From assembly GCF_964194025.1 (NCBI RefSeq), contig NW_027453069.1, positions 1 to 64,000 of the forward strand: a stretch of DNA of 64,000 nt, in the 5' to 3' direction. The notes beneath the pieces are model-generated. The model had not been told where the DNA came from, searched no databases, and worked only from the letters and a program-made list of their open reading frames with translations. This document shows positions 11,428 through 22,362 of this stretch, one piece after another (the first letter of the stretch is position 1; each line of letters begins with the position of its first letter). A program made the position numbers and the translations under genes. The stretch is from Convolutriloba macropyga. Its lineage: Eukaryota.

Positions 11428-14400
11428 CTAGCTGGCCTTGTTGTCATGTATCCCATGTATCGGATGCGCAAGCCTGAGATTGAATCCCATGCTCTGCAAT
11501 CGCTGGAACACCTGTTGCACAGGGAGACAACATGGCGGATCGTCTTCAAAAAAATGCTACGAGTCGATGAAATCTTCTCAAGCGTATCTACTCCGCGGAA
11601 GACCGGCACAAGAATCGCGCAGTGCTGCCTGCGACCATCCCCGGTCATGGGTGCGGCAAACCGGTGTTGCAGTGTCTCTAGCTAGGGGGGCCTGTCTGTC
11701 TATACCGCCATGGGCCCTCTCACCCGCATGCTTAATTTGTCTCGTGCTGCAGACCACCCGAAAGCCCGAAAGACAATTCAGTGACACAGCTGAGACAGGC
11801 GTGATGCATACCTGAACCGTCAACTCAAAGGAGTGCACGTTCGTGAAGCCTTGGACGTTGTCAAAGTAATGATACCTTGCATTTGGACGGCCACACAGGT
11901 CAGTTGCTCGGATGACATGCAACCTTCCCACAGAGCAACAGCAACCTGGTTGGGGGCTGCCACAGCCGCACCTTGCGGGCGCATTGGATGTCCTTTTGTA
12001 TGCCTGGATGGTCACAACACAACCGCAAAGGTCGGGGCAATCACCGTCACACTCAGAGGTGGGCAGACGCAATGTCCCATGTGTTGCTACGATTAGTGCG
12101 ATGAGATTTCAAGGGGCGGTTTTCATCAGAAAAGCAGCGGTGATTGGCGCTGAGCTTGTGGAATCTTCCTGGTCAAGTGTCTGATGCTCTTTTGCTTTGG
12201 AGGAGCAATGCCTACCTCAAAGCCGTACAAATCTATTGTATCGCACATCTCAGCTGCAAAAACCATGGCAAACCATCCGCTCGTAGGTTTCTTGTGCTTG
12301 TAGCTCGCCTGCACCTGCCGCAGCCCAAGCACACACTCCGGTCATGGTGGCGGAAGGAAGGAAGGCAGGAAGGAAGGGCGGCCCTTGCACAGAGCTCAAC
12401 CCAGAACTGAGAAAGGACACTCACAGCTAAGAGAAATTGTCAGACAGCCGCCAATCAGATGGCAGATTCTCGCTTGGGTACCAACGCACGGCAAAACAGG
12501 CTCGCAAGAAACGCATAGAGCGCAATTGTAAAGTCAAAGCAGACCAGCATCGTAAACAGCTGTCCCATGCCTACGTGGTTTCTGCCCAGGCTAGCAACGA
12601 TGACGGGTGAATGCCTCGCTGTGGCTCTGCAGTTCGCTTGTACGTCCCGGCTGATTGTGATCCCGTGGGGAGAGAATAATATCCTTTTGGCCCAAAGGAA
12701 GTGCGACGGTGCGTTTGCCCTGCCCAGCCGCACAGGGCGACAGAGCGAGAACTCAACTCAGACGCGCGAGGGACGAGAACCACGTCTCTAGAGAGACGCA
12801 TGTTTCTGGGCTGGTGATCCCTGACGGATCATGCACTTCACCGACGCCAGGCCCACCCCTTCTTTCCAGCTGTTTCTGGTCAGCTGACCATGGATCGCCC
12901 ACTGACACTCAGGCACGGCTACCCCAGGGTAGCTGAACGTGGTGTATAGACCAGGCCGGCTCTCCTGCCTGCTCTGGTAGATTCATAGAAATATGCCTCA
13001 CAGCAGTGAGATTCTGTCATCGGGATTCCCAACTCTAACCGCCAGCACCAGGTGGGCTGTTTCTGGGCGTGGGTGACTCCCAAAAGAAAGGCGTAAAAGA
13101 TGGAGAGACAGAGCGACGGGGCTTGGGTCTCTGCTGCCTAGGCCATTTTACCTCTTTGCCGATGAGCAGCGTCATGCGTCTCCACAACTCAAAGGCGGCT
13201 GACGTGAAGTCTGGTGACACAATCACCATGTGCAGCAGCTGGGGCGGAAATCTTTCAACAAGACTCATGTACAATCGAAAGTAGGCCTGCCACGGGTCAG
13301 AAGGTGGCCGCAGAGCAGTGGGGACACAGAAGGTATCACTGCCCTGGGTTGGCCTCACGTAAAGTGGTGGTGGCGCAGCATCACACCATCCACCGGACAC
13401 GGAACTTGGCAGCAAACAATACCAACAAAACCCGGGAGAGGGGCGGGTGCGGCGTCAACACGCGGCGATGCTCACTACCTGGTATATCGTGGATTCAAAC
13501 AGAACCAATCGCCCCTTGTCTTCCGCAAAAGCCTTGGCTTTCGTCGCATCTCCGGTCGCCAACTTCTTAAAATGAGCATGATTGATAAAACCGTACGTAG
13601 TTTTGTTTCCAACGTACGTCTCATAGCCCTGCACAGCGCCACAAAAAAGAGTATGGTGCGGCGACTTGTCTCTGATTGCCTGCAGAACGTGCAGGTGAGA
13701 AGGTACGGCTCCCTGTGGGCCGCACCCACATGAGAAATGCGGCTCCGCCAACCAAGAGCCACAGCAAACACGATCCTGGGGACCACATTCTCCACACTCT
13801 CTGGCACACGGCAAAAGGGGCGCACCTTGGTTGGTGCAGCATTCAGCCTTATCACAGCATCGTGGGAATCGATTTCAACCCCGAGCTGGCCCTGAAGCAA
13901 TTCGCCGCTGTTTCCGATGACTGCGCAAGTGCGATAGTGCAGCGTCGGCGCCGTGGCCGGGAGGTGGTCCAGCATCTCCGGCGGGAACTTGTACATCCCG
14001 ATCCCTTGCTCAACCGCCAGTTGCGCGGCCATCCCATGGAAGTTGGCTCCATCCCCGTTTGCAGTTTTGCTCCACAATGGGTATGTGAGGGACGCCCTGC
14101 ATTCAGATTGGCGCAGTGAGGGCAATCGCAGGGTGCGAGAGCAGGCTCCTCCCGGGAGGTGCACATGGCAACAGCCCTGACTGCAGAATACCAGACATCG
14201 CCCGCAGCATACCTGAGGCCGCTACTTGCGTTCCCCGGGGTGCCATCCGTGTAAAACTGTGCCTGCAGTCCAGTTCCCGTGTGCGCTTTATCCACACCAA
14301 GGAACTGCAAATCGGTAGGCGCTCTGAAAAACAGCGTGATCTCTCGATCAAACACGGAGAATGGCTCAGAAACCCGGCTATTATGATGCTGGAAAGTCCA

Positions 14401-15073
14401 CGTACCGAATGCAGCAGAAAGTGCACCTCTCCGAGATCCAGCAGGGCCATCCTCCATCTGCTGTGAATCGTCGAGGGGAAGAAGAAGTGCTGCTTCCCTG
14501 TCACATTCTGTCAGGACCACCGGCAAACGTCACACGGGACTCCGTCAGACCCAAGCAGATGTAGGCATGGCATGCAAAGAATGGGTTAATGCCGGAGTGG
14601 CGGCCGGCCACCTGCTTGTCTGTCGGATATGGTGCCACAGGTCCAAGTGCAGGGGAGCTCGTGGCCTTCAGAAGATTGGGCGGTGAGCGGTCAAGATGCA
14701 GCGGGCTGTCATGATCCGGGGTTGATGCGGACGCGGTGCCGTGGTGTCTTTCCAAGGCGGCTGGCTCCGGGTGGTACATGAGATAGTCCCACCTGCATGC
14801 AAGGGCGAGGGCAAAGGAAGCACAGCGATGAGTCTGCCTGCTTCAGTCGCGCTGCCCGGCCCTGCCAAGACAGACTCACATCAAACCAGCCAGTTGTCAG
14901 GGACGCCATCATTGTGCATTAAGGCCAGCAACAAGTCTCTCGTGGCAGAAGAAACTGGCAGTGTCCCTCTACCATTTCACAGCGCTGGCTCCAAAGATAA
15001 GCAACAGGAGGCCCTGCTGCCAAAGGAGGAGTCCACCGCTTTCTTTGGAGACTTTCTTAGCATTGCTCTTCAT
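11428..15073 (-). CDS. Glycosyltransferase family 29 (sialyltransferase-like) type II membrane protein; multi-exon
   Basis: N-terminal hydrophobic anchor (LLLWQQGLLLLIFGASAV). Sialylmotif L: TCAVIGNSG..LGVEIDSHDAVIRLNAAPT|GYETYVGNKTT. Motif S: PTSGWFAMVFAAEMCDTIDLYGF. Motifs III/VS: YHYFD..HSFE. Probable last exon VFQRLQ...KAS*. Confidence 0.88.
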
Positions 15074-15419
15074 GTTGACTCAGGGTACATGAGGCAGCCA
15101 AGGTGCTGCCCAGGGGCAAAGGTATCGCAGAGGTGCTGCAGGGCCACACAAGCACATGTTCAAACTGCAAGCTGCCGCTCCAGTGTCGCTGCTGACAGTG
15201 AATGTGGCAAATGCTGTGAAGGGTGAGTCGAGTCATATGTACATGTCATTTTGTTTTCAGCAGCAACTCCGCTGTCTACAGGTGAAAGGCAGCTGGTAGG
15301 TAGCGATGGTCGTAACAGGAATCAGGATACACAGTTCGAGACACCGCAGACCGATAGGTTGGGGTCTTGGGCGTTGGGTCCTGACTGATTTTTTTTTCAT
15401 GCCTGACTGATGTCACGGA

Positions 15420-16480
15420 CATGTATAATAAATTCGAAATTAATAAGCACCGGCTCGATTCTCGACATGTGCATGATAATATACCATCAAGTATCGTAGT
15501 ACTCCTACTAGTACTAGACGAGTAGTAGCGATACGAATCCTGCGCTGTACTCGATCTCAGCTACGTAAAACTACACATATATCCCGGGATATATAGCGAT
15601 ATATAGCGATAGCTGAGACAAGCAGACGTTGCCGGGCTGGGTACAAAAGGAGGGTCTGGGGTAGGTGCTCGTAGGGTAGTAGGTAGGGTACCTATAGCTA
15701 TAATAGTATTTATAGTAGCTCGCCACCCGGCCAGTAGGTAGGGGTACCAAAGCATGTGCTTGGGTAAGAATAGGCCAGTACCAGTACGAGCAGGAGGAAT
15801 ACCTGGCGTACGCATATATATACGAGTACGAGTACAGTACTCGTATAGATGATGAACTTTGAACATTTTTTTTCACCCCCCCGGGAGAAGGTGGGTCGAA
15901 AAACCCCAGCAACATAATATGCAGCGCTCTCTAGAGGTACGTAGCTACTAGAGCAGGCTATCAGCTATGGGCAGACCTCGCTAGTCGCTAGCTATTATTT
16001 ATTATGGTAGCGGTAGACCTCCTGGCTCGTATCCTTATAATATAAAAGTGAAATGGTGTCAGTTTGTATGTTTGTATGTTTGTATGTATGTTTGTATGTA
16101 TGTTTGTATGTATGTTTGTATGTTTGTCACGTTCAGCTTAATATTGTAATAATTAAGGATTATTATGATTTTAAGGGCCCGGGCCGCAGGCCCGGCCGGG
16201 CCGGAGGCCCGGGAAGGTCCGTGTCCGTGCGTGCGCCACTTGTATAATAATAAGGATAGTCGATACTGTAGGAGATACCTAGACGTCCTGCGAACATGAG
16301 CATGATGATCGACGATCGTCGATCGAGCTGAAATCGATCGAGATCGATCGCGAGCTGGGCTGCTGATCCTGCTCTTAATAATCGTACTCGTACTCGTTTA
16401 TTTCGAAAACACGGGATCGACGATCCTGGACGATCACCTATCTATTATCTCTCTAGTACGAGTAGCGATAGTTGTTCACG
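15420..16480. promoter_or_regulatory. GTAC/CTAG/GATC-rich island between the divergent GT29 and Nup54 genes (putative bidirectional promoter region)
   Basis: Dense gtac, ctag and cgatcg words. Lies between two head-to-head genes. Confidence 0.4.
16032..16242 (+). mobile_element. Non-autonomous Helitron-like mini-element
   Basis: Sits between A and T. Starts TC(CTTATAATATAAAAG), contains a (TGTA/TGTT)n microsatellite and subterminal GC hairpins (ccgggccgcaggcccgg, ccgggccggaggcccgg), and ends CTTG. Confidence 0.6.
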
Positions 16481-17095
16481 CTTTCGAACTATACGGCTCA
16501 TCAGCCTGCAGGTCTGACCCCGGTCTAACCCGCACTGATAGCGTGGGTTCGTCACGGTCTTGCATAGAAAGGAAGCGCCGAACTTCAGTCGCATCGTAGA
16601 CGGGACGCGTACTGGTAGCTTTGATCTTGATCCAGTCACCAACTGTTCGGGGCGGGGAGGGACGGAGCCTCAGCAGCAACAGAAGCTTGCGGGTATTTGG
16701 AACACTCGTCAGCTGATCTGTTGACAGACCTTGCCAAACTTGGGCCAACACAGGGATAGTTTGCGTCTCCACGCAAGGCAAGCACACGGGGGCCGCGCCA
16801 AACACCATATCCTGCCACCTCCTCACAGTGCGGCTCATCCTCGGCAACAGATTTGGTAACAATCCTCTGCATGGCCAGCAGTTATGGACGCCCAACAGCC
16901 GGCGTTCAGTCTGCTCCTCTCTTTCGAACCTAAACCACTTTCTGGTCTGGTGTGTGTGACCCTCCTGTTGCCCGTCTGTCCAGGCTGAAGGCGAAGCACA
17001 TGGGTAGCGGATGCAACGACTGTTCAGTGAATGACGCGTTGAGTTCTGGCTTCTAGCGGAACTAAGTGCTGAGACGGCTGCAGCAATCTGCAATC

Positions 17096-19195
17096 ATGTC
17101 GCCCTTCGGTGTCGCTTCCACCCCGGCCTTTGGAGCCAGTCCCGCACCTGCCTTTGGAGCGACCCCAGCGCCGGCCTTTGGAGCTACCCCGGCGCCCGCC
17201 TTTGGAGCTGCCTCGGCGCCAGCCTTTGGGGCCAGCTCTACCCCTGCGTTTGGGGCCAGCTCTACCCCAGCCTTTGGCGCCAGCTCCACTCCAGCCTTTG
17301 GGGCCAGCTCCACTCCAGGTTTTGGTGCAGCTGCCACTCCTGCCTTTGGGGCTAGCTCCACCCCAGCTTTTGGTGCAGCGCCGGCAACTCCGTTTGGGTC
17401 CACTCAAACTCCCGCATTTGGAGCGACCTCAGCTCCCGCATTTGGAGCCTCCACCCCTGCCCTTGGAGGTATACATCGACCGTGACGGGTGTTGCGCAGT
17501 TGTCTGCCATTTCTTTCTTGCTACGCTGTCTCCTTTCAGCTGCATATGTATTCGCAGTTTGTGTTGTGACCGGTGCTTGCCCCTGCCTGCAGCCGCCAGT
17601 ACACCGTCATTGTTCGGCGCCGCCTCCACAGGTGCCAGCCTGTTCGGAGCCGCACCGGCAGGTCAGACCCCGAGTCTCTTCGGCGCCACCCCTACTCTTG
17701 GCTCCTCACCGGCACCTTCCCCGCTGTTTGCAGCAAGTACGCCAAGCATTTTCGGAGCTGCCACTACCACGCAGGTAACCAGCTATCCCGTGCCATGCTG
17801 TGATACTACTCCCAGATGATCTCCCATGCATGCACCTTTCGCCTGCTTCACTCCTGGTTTGCATCGATTCGAGCCACCCATTGCTGCCCAACCTCTGTGC
17901 CCGTCCCCCTGTCACCTGTTTGCGCAGTTGGCCCCCTCCATGTTTGGCGGGCCTGCACCCGGTGCTACACCGATGGGGGGGAATGAAGCGGCGATGCGGG
18001 AGCTGCAGGTGGGGTATTGTTGAACCATCAGGCTTCCACATGGAGTCAGCGATTTCCAGCTTCTGATGGTGCTTGTGGCTTTGCTTTGCGTGTGTCCTCG
18101 GCCGAGTATTAGCGCGGCGCGACTCGTGAAGGGCTCACGTTGTCGCTTAACAAATGTGATCCCGCTTCCCCGTGTACTGCACAGGCCATTGAGGAGGCTT
18201 ACCGGCCCGGCTCGTCTCAGTCTGCGTTCACATTCTTTCTATTAAATGTTGTTGACAACGCTCAGCGCTTCACGCCCCCGAACGTCGATGGGCACAAGTG
18301 GCGTGAAGCCATGAAACAGAAAGCTCAGGAGCCGTACTCTGATCGCCTCTGGCCAGTGCAGGTGGGCCTCATCTGCGTTCGCTCGACTGCCTCATCTTGA
18401 TTGCTTGCACGCCATGTTGGACAGCAGTGAGCGATTGCCAGTGAAGCTTCAAAACCCACCTGGCCCACCTTCCTGGCATTGTGTGGTTTTGCCTATCAAA
18501 GCACCTGAAGTGTGCAAACGATATCCGCCCGCCAGGCAACAGGGTTCAGCGACCTGTTGGCGAGGCGAGCTGCTCAGGATGAAGCCATCAAAGAGAATGA
18601 AGAGCGACTGGCAGCACTGCGAGCTGCTGTACGCCAGGTTTCTCGCAAGCATGAACTGGGCATCCAGGAGCGCAAGCAGGGGATTGTTCGTCGGCACCAG
18701 GTGCTCGCACCATTTTTTTCTTTGGTGGGTTTGGGGTTTGAGGAGAGAGGGGGGGGGGAGGGGGCAATGGTGGAGCCATCAATGCGGGTGGCATCATGTG
18801 GCATTTACTCTTTCCGTAGATGCACACCGGCAACTCAGGCGTTGGAATCGTGACCACAGGAGCTGTGTCATCACCTTCTTCGTGTTGCTCGTTGGATTGA
18901 TGGCGCCGAAGGGCGGTTAGCATCCAGTATGGGCGGCAGTGCCACCCAGGCAAGCACCGGATCTGACCACTTTCGTGCTTCTCCTCTGTTCTCCCTGTTG
19001 GTTCTGGTGCGAGTCGCCCCGACGAGCCTTAGCATGCGCTGCACTGTCCCTTGCAGGGTCGCGATATCTTTGAGTATCATCGTTGGATTGCAGCTATCGA
19101 AGCTGCTGTTGCTCCATCCAGTGCCGGTGGCTTGCAGCGGCAGGTGTGCCAGCGTCCCTGCCGGGCAGAGGGGGTGCCTCTTGGCTGGCAACTTC

Positions 19196-19226
<31 letters not shown>

Positions 19227-19716
19227 AAAAAGCACTTTGTTGTGGAGGTCTGAGACACAGCCGCGTTGGCTGCCGAGGGATCCTCTGCAGGTTTCCTGAG
19301 CACGCAGAGCAGGCAGCATTCTGCATGAGCCTCTGTTGTCCACTCTGACTTGGCTGTGCATTCTGCTAGGTTGAGGCGCTTGCTGCAGCTGTAAGGCTCA
19401 GAGTTGGCGGAGCAGCACAGGAGCCTGCATCCTTGAAGGTGAGTTAGCGTCACCGCGTATCCCATGTGGTGACAGGATGAGCTCTGTATCCTGCAAGGGC
19501 TGGTGCCGCTCCTCCATGGTCACATCTCTGCCCACAGCTTTCTGAAGTGCACCTCTGAGCGGATTTGTGCCACACTAGGTTGGGATGGACGAGGACAGCC
19601 TCCGCCAAATGCACAAGCTCCTTGAGAACCACATGGGGGCTGTGCGGAAGCTACAAGAGATCCTTGTGCGCGACCAGCGGGACATGGACATCCTGGCAAG
19701 AGTCGACCACCAATGA
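17096..19716 (+). CDS. NUP54: Nucleoporin Nup54-like (PAFG/SLFG repeats plus C-terminal alpha/beta and coiled-coil region); multi-exon
   Basis: N-terminal (xxxPAFGA)n 24-bp repeats, then [29 protein letters not shown]|[14 protein letters not shown], and a C-terminal coiled coil ending [13 protein letters not shown]. Confidence 0.82.
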
Positions 19717-20252
19717 TGTGGTGTGCCGATCCAGTAATAGCCTACGCGACAGTGATGATGATCAGCCAACTCCGCTGTTTAATTTGCCCCACCACCATCA
19801 AATACCACCTCAGGGTTTCTCCACCTCCGAACGGATGATCTGTCACACTCATCCATGATCCATACTGGGTGCTTTTGTGGTGCAAGGTACTCTGCGGCTG
19901 TGCGTGAGGCATTGCAGTCATGCATGCTCGCCTGCATTCGCCGTGTTATGAGCCACTGGACTCTGTGATGTGTACGCCGGTACCCCCCAACACAGGATAG
20001 GAGGTACCGAAGGATAGTACTCCAGAAGACGCTGGCTAGGTTGCGACGGGGGCTGGGGTTAAGTTGCAGAAGTGTATGGCTGATGGGAGTAGCACCCACC
20101 TTGTCTAGCAAGCCCAATGATTGCTGGACAACACCAGACCACACCCTCGATTTCATTTCATCTCATTTCATTTCATCTCGTAGCTACGCCAAAAACTCGA
20201 CGAATTGTTGTGTTGGAAATTGCCAATTGGAGGCATATTATATTAATAATAA

Positions 20253-20253
<1 letters not shown>

Positions 20254-20291
<38 letters not shown>

Positions 20292-20293
20292 TA
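20254..20293. repeat. (TTA)n microsatellite
   Basis: Visible ttattatta run. Confidence 0.9.
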
Positions 20294-21549
20294 ATTAAAA
20301 TAATAAATAATAGTAGCGTGTCATGGCGTAGGCGTACGCCAGCGTACGTACGCATATCTAATTTTAGGCTGTCGAGCTGTCATGTCGTACTACGTACCAC
20401 TTGACAGGGCAGCAGTACTACTGTTTTCATGTTTCCTTATCCTTGTTTTGATCCTTACTTAGTGGCGTCACACAGAGCGGACACTCGCTTTGTTGTGATC
20501 GCTCGACTCGAATCTCTACCGTACGTCTTTTTTCAGGTACTCGTAAACCGTTACGTACAGTCAGTACGTACGACCAGTTTCCGTGTAACTTTTCTGTTGT
20601 TTTCGTACTATTTTCGTACTTTCCGTGCTGTTTTCGGACCCGTGCAGCAACCGAAAGCCATTCCGCGGCTTTCCGCGCCAGCGGACCCCCAGAAACCGCA
20701 GTTTTCGCGTTCGACCAGCCCCTAGGCTCGCACCAAGTGTGCAGCTTAACATTTCGTTGTCGACTATCGTTTTAGATCGCGATTCCGTCCATCGCCGACC
20801 CTAATTTGATCATTGTTGGGTGTCAGGTGATAGGCATTGCAAAACCTGAGCAGATTCACTAGAAGCGAACTTCAACCTGGAGTTTGAACAACAAAGTCAC
20901 TCTTTTTCGTACGATTCGAACGTTTCTAGACCCTTTGGAACGATTAGATCACCTCACTTTACTTGAAAACATCGATCACAACAAAGGTTCATAAGGGTTT
21001 AGTGGCAAAAGTGCCAGTTCGACCTTTTCTCAGTTGAGCAGCTGGTGACCTGTGGCCGCGAGTGCCAGTTCACTAGTTAGGGACTTAGAAACCGTGGACT
21101 TTGCGGGAGCCCGTGGATTTGCGGGACCGACGTGGACTTCTCGGGACTCCTTTGGAGAGGGCCAAGACACCAGTGCATTGACTTATCTTGGTCCTGGAGC
21201 AGCGAGAAGAAGTGACAGACAGTGCGCTGACATCCATAAAGCTTTCGGGACGGTTAGTGGTGCCGTTGAGGGTGCCCTGCCGTTCAGTTAGTTACGGGCA
21301 TTCACCGGTTGCAGTGCCGTTTGAGGGTGCTGCCTCTGGGGGTGTTCCGGTTTGGACCAGCAACCTGTCTGTTGCAAGGCAGTATCACGGGATAAGTGGT
21401 ACACTGCCGCAGACACCAGGCTATCCAGCTGGCCGTCTGTCGAAGACTTCAAGCTGAAGACCATACGAGCTAGGTGGGAGCTTGCACACTCTCCCCAACG
21501 GGCAGCTACGAGACAGCCACAGGGACAGCCCCACAGCTGCAGAGGCGAG

Positions 21550-21655
21550 GCTACACAGCTACACAGCTACAGCGCAGCTACACAGCTACACAGTTACAGC
21601 GCAGCTACACAGCTACACAGCTACAGCGCAGCTACACAGCTACACAGCTATACAG
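21550..21655 (+). repeat. ~4 x 27-bp tandem repeat in the Gypsy 5' leader
   Basis: Unit gctacacagctacacagctacagcgca. Confidence 0.85.
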
Positions 21656-22362
21656 CCGCACAGCCCCAGCTAGGCACACCCAGCGTGGATACAGCTCGCC
21701 GGCCCTAGGACGACCAGAGTTTCCCCAGCTCACAGCAACAGTTTTATAGCAGTATTTTCAGCCCAGTTTGGTCAGCAGTTGGACTTTGGTCAGCCGCTGA
21801 CAGAGCAAAGCAGTCCAAACCCGCCACCGCACAGTTCCCAGACAGCAGATTGCATCCGCACTGCACAGCACCGCATCAGCACGAGCATTCGTGGACGTCC
21901 TGGGACTTGCTTCCGGGGGCGGGGATTGCCTCCCGTTCTCGGGGGCAGCCAGGTGGAGCGCCTGGGGACATACAGCGCGCAACCCAAAACATAACCACTC
22001 AACAGTCGGGTCCCTGCTCACAACTCGCCCGAGGGCATCAGGCCGACGGGTCTCCGTGGGGTGAACAGCACCCCTGGGTTGTGGAGTGTGCGGGGCTAGT
22101 GGTATTGGGGGGCGGACCGGTCACTGTCCTGGTCAGCGTTTCTACACCTGTCAGCATTTCTGTTTCCTGCGGCTGCGCCACCGGTCGATCCACCTGCGCC
22201 ACCCCAAGGTCACCACATCCCACCGGACCAGATCAGTCCTGGACAGCCAAGCTGTAAGCGGACCCACACCACAGTCACCCAGTCCACCGACCAGAAGCCA
22301 TTGAGAGCCCCGGCGAGGAGTCACCACCGCTGACACCCCGGACTCTTATCAGGGCCATCACC

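Noticed and set aside
11446-11685. 79-aa ATG-initiated + strand ORF
   Set aside because: Antisense to the probable last exon and intron of the GT29 gene; no motifs.
17024-17407. Minus-strand repeat ORFs (APKAGVEL..)
   Set aside because: Antisense reading of the Nup54 PAFG repeats.
20320-21060. Exact 5' LTR and PBS of the Gypsy element
   Set aside because: No second LTR is available for comparison. The TG starts (~20319, ~20378) and TGG at 21043 are only candidates, so they are not listed as separate features.
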